From: Rhizophagus irregularis
Taxonomy: Eukaryota
Reading direction: 5' to 3'
DNA: 64,000 bases
Assembly (NCBI RefSeq): GCF_026210795.1
Contig: NC_089429.1
Location: 4,526,001 to 4,590,000, forward strand
Shown: positions 24,801 to 35,696 of the stretch, one piece after another
Position numbering within the stretch: the first letter of the stretch is position 1
Layout of the letters: each line of letters starts with the position of its first letter
The notes under the pieces: model-generated
Told to the model about the DNA's origin: nothing
The model's database searches: none
The model's input: the letters and a program-made list of their open reading frames with translations, nothing else
Program-made: the position numbers and the translations under genes

Positions 24801-27800
24801 TTTATTTAAAAAATTATTTTGTAATTTCTTTTAGTTGGTAAGTTATAAGTTATTTATTTAATTTTATTATATTTATATAATATTTACATATAATTTAAAC
24901 TAACTAAATTTTTTATTTTAAAAATTGTTCAATTATTTTAGATTGTAAGTAATTCTATTATATTTATATAATATTTACATATAATTAACTAACTAAATTC
25001 TTTATTTAAAAAATTCTTTATTTAATGATATAGTCTGTAAGTTATTTATTTAATTCTATTATATTTATATAATATTTACATATAATTTAAACTAACTAAA
25101 TTATTTATTTAAAAAATTATTTATTTAATAATATAGGGCGTATGTTATTTATTTAATTCTATTATATTTATATAATATTTACATATAATTTAAACTAACT
25201 AAATTCTTTATTTAAAAAATTATTTATTTAATGATATAGGGCGTATGTTATTTATTTAATTCTATTATATTTATATAATATTTATATATAATTTAAACTA
25301 ACTAAATTCTTTATTTAAAAAATTATTCAAATATTTTAGAACGTAAGTAATTCTATTTATATTTATATAATATTTACATATAATTTAAACTAACTAAATT
25401 CCTATTTATATTTATATAATATTTACATATAATTTAAACTAACTAAATTCTTTATTTAAAAAATTATTTATTTAATAATATAGGGCGTATGTTATTTATT
25501 TAATTCTATTATATTTATATAATATTTACATATAATTTAAATTAACTAAATTCTTTATTTAAAAAATTATTTTGTAATTTCTTTTAGTTGGTAATTTATA
25601 TGTTATTTATTAAATATATAATATTTACATATAATTTAAACTAACTTAATTCTTTATTTAAAAAAAAATTATTCAAATATTTTAGATGGTAAGTAATTCT
25701 ATTATATTTTTATAATACTTACATATAATTTATACTAACTAAATTCTTTATTTTAAAAATTATTTATTAGGGAGTATGTTATTTATTTAATTCTATTATA
25801 TTTATATAATATTTAAATATAATTTAAACTAACTAAATTCTTTATTTAAAAATATTTTAGAATGTAAGTAATTTTACAATATTTACATATAATTTAAATT
25901 AACTAAATTCTTTATTTAAAAAATTATTTACTTAATAATATAGGGCGTATGTTATTTATTTAATTCTATTATATTTATATAATATTTACATATAATTTAA
26001 ACTAACTAAATTCTTTATTTAAAAAATTATTCAAATATTTTAGATAGTAAGTAATTCTATTATATTTATATAATATTTATATATAATTTAAACTAACTAA
26101 ATTCTTTATTTAAAAAATTATTCAAATATTTTAGAACGTAAGTAATTCTATAATATTTACATATAATTTAAAATTAACTAAATTCTTTATTAAAAAACTA
26201 TTTTGTAATTTCTTTTAGTTAGTAAGTTATAAGTTATTTATTTAATTCTATTATATTTATATAATATTTGCATATAATTTAAACTAACTAAATTCGTTAT
26301 TTAAAAAATTATTCAAATATTTTAGATAGTAAGTAATTCTATTTATATTTATATAATATTTACATATAATTCAAACTAACTAAATTCTTTATTTAAAAAA
26401 TTATTTTGTAATTTCTTTTAGTTGGTAAGTTATAAGTTATTTATTTAATTTTATTATATTTATATAATATTTACATATAATTTAAACTAACTAAATTTTT
26501 TATTTTAAAAATTGTTCAATTATTTTAGATTGTAAGTAATTCTATTATATTTATATAATATTTACATATAATTAACTAACTAAATTCTTTATTTAAAAAA
26601 TTCTTTATTTAATGATATAGTCTGTAAGTTATTTATTTAATTCTATTATATTTATATAATATTTACATATAATTTAAACTAACTAAATTATTTATTTAAA
26701 AAATTATTTATTTAATAATATAGGGCGTATGTTATTTATTTAATTCTATTATATTTATATAATATTTACATATAATTTAAACTAACTAAATTCTTTATTT
26801 AAAAAATTATTCAAATATTTTAGATGGTAAGTAATTCCATTATATTTATATAATATTTACATATAATTTTAACTAACTAAATTCTTTATTTAAAAAATCA
26901 TTCAAATATTTTAGATGGTAAGTAATTCTATTATATTTATATAATATTACATATAATTTAAACTAACTAAGTTCTTTTTAAATTATTTTGTAATTTCTTT
27001 TAGCTGGTAAATTATTTGTTATTTATTTAATTCTATTATATTTATACAGTATTTCATATAATTTAAACTAACAATTCTTTATTTAACAAATTATTTTGTA
27101 ATTTTCTTTAGCTGGTAAGTTATTTGTTATTTATTTAATTCTATTACTATATTTATGTAATATTACATATAATTTAAACTAATTAAGTTCTTTATTTATT
27201 AAATTATTTTGTAATTTCTTTTAGCTGGTAAGTCATTTGTTATTAAATTCTATTATATTTATATAATATTTACATATAATTTAAATTTACTAAATTCTTT
27301 ACTTAAAAATTATTTTGTAATTTCTTTTAGTTGGTAAGTTATAAATTATTATATACTATTATTTAAAATTAAATTAATTAATTATTTAAACTATATTAAA
27401 TTTTTATAATTTTATTTAGAGTAAGTATAATTAATATTGTTTAATATTTAAATTTTTAATGTAAATTTTATTTAAATTTTAATTTAATATAATTTCATTT
27501 TATACTTAAAGAATTGTTACTAGTGGAAGTAAAATTATGGATCAATTTATTTCTGAAAATAAATTAAAATGGATTTCTTATGATAAATTTAAACATATTA
27601 AATATCTTGATAAAGGAGGATTTGGTATTGTATATAAAGCTAAATATAAAGCTACTAAGTATAAAGATATTAAAGTTATTCTTAAATATTTTGATTATCT
27701 TAATAATTCAGATGAAAGTTTAAATGAAAGTTTAAATGAAGTATGATTAAATATTATCTTTTTTTTAATATTATAAATTATTTATACCTAATTTACTGAT

Positions 27801-30155
27801 AAATATTATTTTTTATAGTGGAAAATTATTGATTCATATGAAATTATTAGAATATATGGATTTACAAAAAATCCAGATACTTTGAATTATGTATTAATAA
27901 TGGAGTATAGAAATAAGAATAGTTTAAAAAAATGTTTAACAGAAATAACAAAAAATTGGGAACAAAAATTATTTTGTTTATATCAAATTATTAAGGGACT
28001 TAATGATATTCATGAAGAAGATCTTATTCATTATAGCTTTCATAATGGTAATATTTTATGTAACAAATATGAAGAAAATATATATGGAATTTTTATTAGT
28101 GATTATTTAGGATTATATCAACTTGCAAAATCTTTTTTAAAAGCAAATGATATCTATGGAGTTTTACCATTTATAGCACCTGAAATTTTAAAAGGTCAAC
28201 CCTATACTCAAGCTAGTAATATATATAGTTTTTCTATAATTATGTGGGAATTTACATCTAAAATTCTACCATTTAATGATAAAGCACATGATATTCAGCT
28301 TGCTTTAAGTATTTGTAAAGGTGAACGTCCTGAAATTATTGAAAATACTCCACAATGTTATATAGATTTAATGAAAAAATGCTGGGATGAAGATCCATTA
28401 AAAAGACCATCTTCTAAAGAAATTTTAAATATTATTGAAAATTGGATTTTTCGTCCTGAGAATAAGAAAATTGAAGATATTAATGAAGAATTAAAAAGCA
28501 ATATTATGGAATTTATAAATGCACCAATTGAGCATCTTATTGTAGAATCTCATCCAAAAGCATGCTATACAAGTCATTCACTTGGTTTTACTAGTAAAGA
28601 ATTAATTGAAAAACTAATTCTAGAAAGCCCTCAGGTATTTCTTGAACTATATCAAAGTTCTCAAAATGAATTACAAAATATTCAAATTGAATTAGTTAAT
28701 TTACAACAAAGAAATTCTCGAATAGAAGAAGAAATTCTTAAGTTAGAAAAGATTGCTGAAACTTATTATCAAAGTTCTCAAAATGAGTTAGTTAATTTAC
28801 AACAAAGAAATTCTCAATTTAAAAATCAATTAATTCAAACAAAAGAAGAAAAACTCAAGTTAGAAAATGAATTATTTGATTTACAACAAAGGAATTTTAA
28901 ATTTGAGCAAAATAATCAAAATCCGAGGCTTAAATTTGCTAAACAGATTAAAGAATTTGCAAAAAAAGAAAATGTTTTACAAACCCAAATTATTGATCTA
29001 CAAAATGAAAAGCAAAACTTAGCTGGCAATTTAACTGAACAGTTGGGACAAAATAAACTAATTAACCAGCAAGTTCAAGATCAAATCTGCCAGTTAAAGC
29101 AAGAAGAAACTAAATTGCAAGAAAAATTATCTCAAATAAAAGCTAATATTCAAGAATTAAAATCTTACAAAGAAAGCTTAATTGAACAAAAAGAGCAATT
29201 AGAAAATAGATTAAATCAGTTTCAAGTTAATTATGAACAGATAGAACAAGAAAAGATCAGATTATACAATATGGCAGAAGGACTTTCACAAGAACAGAAG
29301 CAAACAATTAAATTGAAAATCAAGTTTGAAAAAGAAATTGCTCAATTGGAACAAAATTTGATTATTGAAGAACAAATCAAAATGCAATTAACTCAAGCTT
29401 TACAGATTAAAGTTGATAAAATAAATGAATTAGAACAAAAACTTATTAACCTTGATCAAGAGCGTATTAAAAAATTACAAAATAAAAGAAAAGAATTGAG
29501 TGAAATTGAAAAGGAATTATTAAATAAATTAACTAGTGGGAAAAATACTAAAGAAATTCATAAAGAAGAAGCTAAACAAAAAGAGATAAATGAACTCCAA
29601 CAAGAATTATCAAGAACTTTAGCTTCTTATAATATCAATAGAAAAAAACAGGTTTTCAATCAAGTCAATAATTTTTTGAAAGTTAAGGGTGATTTCCTAA
29701 CTTTACGAGAAGAAGCTATTAAAAAACTACAAAATTGCTGCAATCATCTAGAAAGTTCTATTAATAAAGAAAGAAATACTATTGGTTCTAACAGAGATAT
29801 GAAAATCTCAAAATTGACTGATAAATATACTAAAAAATTTCAAAGTATTCTTGTAAAATATAATGATGGATTGTTAGAGTTGAACAAAATTTATTATTCC
29901 TTAAAGAATGTTATTCAGAAAAATAAAGAGTTGGAAGTTAGCCTCATGATTGAAAATATTCTTAAGTTGAATTCTTTCAATCTTGATAAATACAAAATTT
30001 TTAAATTTGCTACTAATTCTCAGGAAGGAACCAGAATTCAATTAAATTCTAATATGATGGAAGAAGATATAAATTCATTAAGAAAGAATTTGAATGAATT
30101 GAAATTAGAATTAAACCAAGAAAAAAAAGAATCAAAAAATTTAGCAACAGTTTAA
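21828..30155 (+). CDS. micro-exon-array gene: variable N-terminal peptide, TKL-type pseudokinase, long coiled coil
   Basis: Model: 21828-21849, 21942-21965 (or ATG 21932-21965), 56 x 3-nt exons from 22051 to 27333, 1-nt exon 27420, 27512-27740, 27819-30155. All introns are GT-AG and the joined frame is open. Confidence 0.7.
21966..27511 (+). repeat. tandem array of 58 intron units (71-144 bp spacing, typically ~95) separated by micro-exons
   Basis: Unit: GTAAGT/GTATGT - tattatatttatataatatttacatataatttaaACTAACtaaattctttatttaaaaaatt - TAG, then 3 variable nt. Confidence 0.92.
27512..30155 (+). CDS. kinase-like domain plus ~500-aa coiled coil (exons 27512-27740, 27819-30155)
   Basis: TSGSKIMDQFI, KGGFGIVYKA, VILK, YGFTKNP, HYSFHNGNIL, PFIAPE, GERPEI, CWDEDPLKRP; Q/E/K/L heptad-rich tail. 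Confidence 0.9.
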
Positions 30156-30769
30156 ATTTAACCATATTGATGGATTATAGTACAATTCATAAAATAGTTA
30201 TTTATTGAAAAGAAATTAAGTATAGTATTTACAATATATATTCTAGAATTTATTGAACATTAATAGTTCTAGAAATTTTGAGATTTTTTTTATTAAATTA
30301 TAACTATATTTTTATATTTTATTTTTGTTTTTTATCAATAAAGGATCATTAAACTTAAAGTTCGTTATATAAATCATTTAAATAACCATTGTAAATGTTT
30401 TTTACTTATATTTAAATTAAAAATAAATAAAACATATTTAGTATATGAGATGATTTATATTTATTTATTTATTTATTTTATGTGAAGAATGGCAGGATCA
30501 CCAAAAGAGCAAAACTAACTAATTAAAGAAAGAAGTTCAACATAAATCTGTCATCCAGGGGAAGGAGAAGCCTACCTGTGGACCCAAACTTCTTTTTAAA
30601 GAAACTAGACTAATCCTCTATCACGTCCAGTAGAGGACGAGGTAAAAAGCGCCAAAATAAAACTTCGAACAAAAAAATATAAAGTAAACTATTAAAAGAA
30701 GTCAGTGGATATCTACATATTATAAATAAAATAAACATCATTACATATAGGTGAAGAATAATTAATAAT

Positions 30770-31145
30770 AAAAAATTCACTGGTACGTGCGAAACAGGAT
30801 CTGTGATTTTACTAGTGGATGGAAAATTACCGTATGAATCAGAAATTGCGCTATTAAATATTGGATTATGTTCATTCATTACACGACTTAAAATATAATA
30901 TTTGGCATTAATATTGTAAAACTATCTTTACTAAAATCTTTACTTACTTTCAATTTTTTTTCTTTTCTTTAGTAATACTATCATCACCACCATAAGATCT
31001 CCGATTATATCCTCCAAGAATTTCTTTACTATTGTCACTTTAACGATTCGAGAATGATAACTACAAAATTGATGAAAATTTATTTTCATGTGTAAGTCCA
31101 TCACGCGTTCCACGAAATAATAATTTGAATTCGTATGGAGAAATC
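30770..31145 (-). pseudogene. TLDc-domain gene fragment
   Basis: Minus strand reads SPYEFKLLFRGTRDGLT... and EILGGYN, disrupted by frameshifts. Confidence 0.65.
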
Positions 31146-32134
31146 ATCGTCCATTGATAAAATTTTTTTTATTTATTTATTAAATTACATCAGGAACCTT
31201 AATAAAAGAATACATGAAAGACTATTGGATAAAACAAAAGACTATTGTTAATAGTTAAAATAATTAAGCCGTGAAATCATTAATAATGAATGTTACGTGA
31301 ATTTATTCATTTTCTGCATGTATTTTTTTTATTTAGTATATATATACTGTAGTTTATTTGGCATAGAATTGGAAGATGAACTAACTGATGATCGAAAGTG
31401 GCTTAATAGGTGTAAATAATTGTATGATATTTAGTATAAAACAGTAAAATGAATAAATGTAATAAATAATTGTCCATTCGGCGAAACGGCTTTCAACGAA
31501 ACATCCATATTGGTAAATCAAATTTGATTGGTTGATCCGGGCTCCGAGATCAATTTGCCAGAGCGGAAAATCTCAATATTATATTTAGTGGCACGTGACA
31601 AACGACAACGGTAATCGAAGTCAAAATCTCTTCGACAAGGGGTTAATAGATTATTTTTTATAGTAATAATTTTATGTCATAAACATCTATTGAATAAAAT
31701 ATTATAAAATAAAAATTTTATCCAATATTAATTGACTACTAGTTATTTCTCATACAAAAAATTAAATAAATCACTTGATTCATAATAAACACCTCGGATC
31801 ATACATTAGGTTTTTTTCTTTTGACTAAAGCTATCTGCTAAAATTAGCTTAATATTTTTAAACAAAAACTTCATTGTTCAGTCGGTTAGGAATATGCGGG
31901 ATTTTACTGACCAACTATAACTCAGTTATTTGATGGGGAATATCGGTCTTCGACCGATATCTCTATTCCCCCATCCAATAACTATTCAATATTCAGTAAA
32001 AATTAATATTAACCATAAACCAGACCAAATTACCGATCCTAAATGTTGAGACTACTGAACATCATGAAGTACGTCTTACAACGAAATGACGGTATTTAAT
32101 TCTGGAGAAAAAAAAATTTTTTCTTAAATTAAAC

Positions 32135-32335
32135 AAGTTATTCAAAGGATGATTTCATAACTTTAAAGAATACTAACTTAAATTGAAAATTTTAATAAAA
32201 AGAATACATTTCTTTAACTTCAAAAGAATTTTTAAATAATGTATTTCCTTATAAAGATATTCTACCCGAGGAATTATATATAAATCTATTAAAATATTAT
32301 TTTAATAGTGATTATAGTCCATCTAAGAAAAATTT
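32135..32335 (+). pseudogene. BACK-domain fragment of a BTB-BACK-TLD type gene
   Basis: YSKDDFITLKNT...LTSKEFLNNVFPYKDILPEELYINLLKYY. Confidence 0.55.
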
Positions 32336-32389
32336 AAAAAGTATGATTATTACATATTTTTATAAAAGTGCTAATCGCTATCATTTCTA

Positions 32390-32460
32390 TCATTTTCGGC
32401 GAAATGGCTTTGGCGAAATGGGTTTTAGTGAAATGGACTTCAGTGAAAAGCCCGGATACC
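32390..32460. repeat. short GGCGAAATGG-type tandem repeats, probable transposon subterminus
   Basis: Four ~14-15-bp copies; a related patch lies at 31473-31505. Confidence 0.4.
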
Positions 32461-35400
32461 TTATTATTTATTTTAAGCCGTAATATTATGGAACTTAATT
32501 ATTGACTTTCCTTTGCAGTAAATACATATATTAAATTAATAATTCGATTAACAAATTATGAACTACTTCATCGTTATATTGTTTATATTGTTTATGGATT
32601 CATATAATGCTACTTTGTTACTAATCCTCCCACTACTATTCTTATTCTTAAACTTCTTTGAAGAACTTATAAATTGAGGCTCTTTCAATAGTTATTTTTT
32701 ATGGTTAATCTTTATCTTCGCTAATCCTATTTTTGTTAATCTTATTGTTATTTTATATTATTATTTCATTATTTTTTGTTAATTTCATTATCTTTTGTTA
32801 TTTCTTATCGTCGGGATTTTGTACGGGTCCCATTATACCTATTTTAAGCTAATTAAATTCTAATTTATTTAGATGGTAAATTATACTAAGTTATTATTTT
32901 ATTATTTTTTTTTGTTATTTTTTAATTATTATTTTATTCTTTATTTATTATTCTTCGGTTGTTAGATATTATATTTTATTTCACGGGTAAATTTTTTTTT
33001 TTGAGGCTGAGATTTTTTGTAATTATCATCTATTTTCAGATAATAAACTTTTTTACATTAAATTGATTATATTTGATCATGCGATCATGCATATTTGTAT
33101 TTCTCAGCAGTCCAGATAATTTGACTCTCCGCTGTATTTAAGGCAAAAAAATAATGATTGTAGACTAACCGATATGGAAATTTACTATTGTTTAGACTAC
33201 TACGTGACGCAATGGTTTCAGAGTCATATGATAGCTCGGCCATAAAGATGACTCATAAATCAAACAAACTATTAGTCATGGTTGATAACAATATTCATTC
33301 AACAATAGAATATAACATTGTAGACTTATATCATGTGATAAGAAAATAATATAAAAAGGTACACCTTCCTAACAAAAAAAGCCACTACCTAATAAAAAAC
33401 TCTCCTAACAAAAAAATAAATAATAATGTTGTTTCCGAGTTTTAAACTCTCCTAACAAAAAAAAAAGATGATGGTCCATACGAACAACAAAAGGCTTTTA
33501 TGGATAATAACGTTGCCTTCGACCTATGAAAAAATTAAACGTTAAAACCTACTGCTGTCTAACAAATGTTACTGTTTACTGGAATTTTTAAGAGGTGGGT
33601 AAAGAGTATTCTATCACCCACTGACCATAAGCCTTGACTGCACACCGCGAAAGCAACGTGCGAAGGTTTATGAGGGCTGACCGAACGACTTTAAAGGGTT
33701 GCAAATAGATGACTGGGGCCCATCGTACGAGAACCCACCCCAAGGTTATATCTTTGAAAGTGGAGCCTTAGTTAAGGTACCTGAATATAAGTCATCAGGT
33801 TCAAATTCACCGTCTTGAAGATATAGTAGTTGGCTGACAAGTGCTCTGGAGTCACTCTTGCAAAGGATCTGATGGTCATAATAGAGGATATAGATGGTGG
33901 TGAAGGATACCATGATATATATAGTCACTCCCGAAATGTATGCTTATCCCTAAGGTAGTTGGGTTATGGTGTACAACCACTTGTCAAAATGGTCACTGTT
34001 TAAAATACCATTTTGGTATTCACTATTATGGCCTGAAGTGAATGAGCTAGAACTAACATAAGGTTTCAATGCTAATTTATAGGGACCTGTAGAATGGCAT
34101 GGGCGGAAAGAAATGCAACAAAGAGAACTCCACTTCAAGAAATTAAATCGGTTCTTATTGCTCAGTTTACATTTTTCATTGTTTTATATTATCACATAAT
34201 TGGTTACTGACCACCAAACTATTTTAACATAGCGTTATAAGAAGACCAGCATGAAGTCCGGCAAAAAAAAATAAGATATATGAGACGGTATAATCTATAG
34301 TCAATGGCCATATATATTAGTGTAGAAAATTTAGCAAATGAGCCTAATCATGTAATTTATTTACTACATCAAAAAATAATTCATCCGAAAAGGCTATACA
34401 TTGTATTAAGAATATTTTTCGTGGGATATAGAGATGTATGGTGATAAAAAAAAGTGAGACCTAAAGTCCCACTTGAATAAAATAAATCACGTCCTATATG
34501 AAAGTTGTAATCGAATATGTAATCTGAATTTGATAAGTAATGTTATATCCCAGGAACACGTAATTTATTCTCGAACTTTCTTGCATATACTCAAAGTTTT
34601 ACGTATAAAAAAAAAGAGATCTTTGTATATGGGTAGCGTCAAAAGTTTTTTTTTATTATAAATCCGTTGATCAGACTTTCGTGATGCGATCATATTAACG
34701 TAATCTCCCCAAAAGTGATCCTGTAAATTATATAAAAAAGGTGAGACCCTGGGGATTAGTGAACTCTTATCTATCTTGTGCAAGTAAGGTGAAAAAATAA
34801 CAAACGAAATAATCACATTATCAATAATATTAATCAAACGAACTCGTATATTCCGCAAATTAATAATGTTGGTTTTGTTGCTCGACTAGTTTCTAAAAGA
34901 ACGCCATCAATGTTAATCGATTTTTCCGGCTCTATAATGCTCAAAGTCAAAGCGGACATATTACTATTCTTGATCTTTTAACACATTTGGTATTCGCCGA
35001 GAAATCGTGATTGCTAGCACGTGCCTCATCGCCGCAGTAAAATTCAGAGAAAAAAAATCACATCTGTAATTTCAGCAGTATCATCCTGCCTATAAAAAAA
35101 TCGAAACACCTTTATTATAACGCATTAAGCAACATTCATAGTCTTCCGAATTTATACTTAGGTTCGAAATTTCTTATTTTTGGAGAAGTTCTCTTCTGGA
35201 ATATTATTATTTAATAGTGTTGTATGGGCGGAAGTGATGTACTGTAGATAGACAAAACTTCTGTAGATATGTGTGGGATATTTTATTTCGGAAATCTAGT
35301 GTAGAAAAAGCTGAGAATCTATAGTGATAGAAACAAATTAGCTATATTTTTCGAAAACGTGAGAAAGTAAAGAAATAACTAGTCCCATCTTTGATAGCAA

Positions 35401-35696
35401 CATACAATTTATTCGCTTAACACAGTCCTATTTCTTGGAGTTACGCTCTTAAATTTCCAGATTTGCAATAAATAATAATAATAGTTGTGTACTTGTGTTT
35501 GGCCACATTTTGGGCGTTATTTTTAACAAATAACAATGCAATTTAAATATAATGAGTAATGATAAAACCGTAATTCGTAACCCGTAATCCTACGCGTTGA
35601 CGCGTTGACGTGTTTGATTAATCTCGATTTCATATGATCGTTCGGAGTTTTATAAATAGCTTGAATTTCATTGCCATAGAATCATTTTCACAGATT

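Noticed and set aside
22051..27333. Phase-0 reading of the micro-exons (LLEGNNLNIIIG...)
   Set aside because: It is open, but both upstream ATG exons end in phase 1 and the strong-donor 1-nt exon fits phase 1 only. Less likely, not excluded.
22000..27500. CRISPR array or plain satellite
   Set aside because: Variable parts are only 3 nt, there are no cas genes and the context is eukaryotic; invariant splice signals and frame continuity argue against a neutral satellite.
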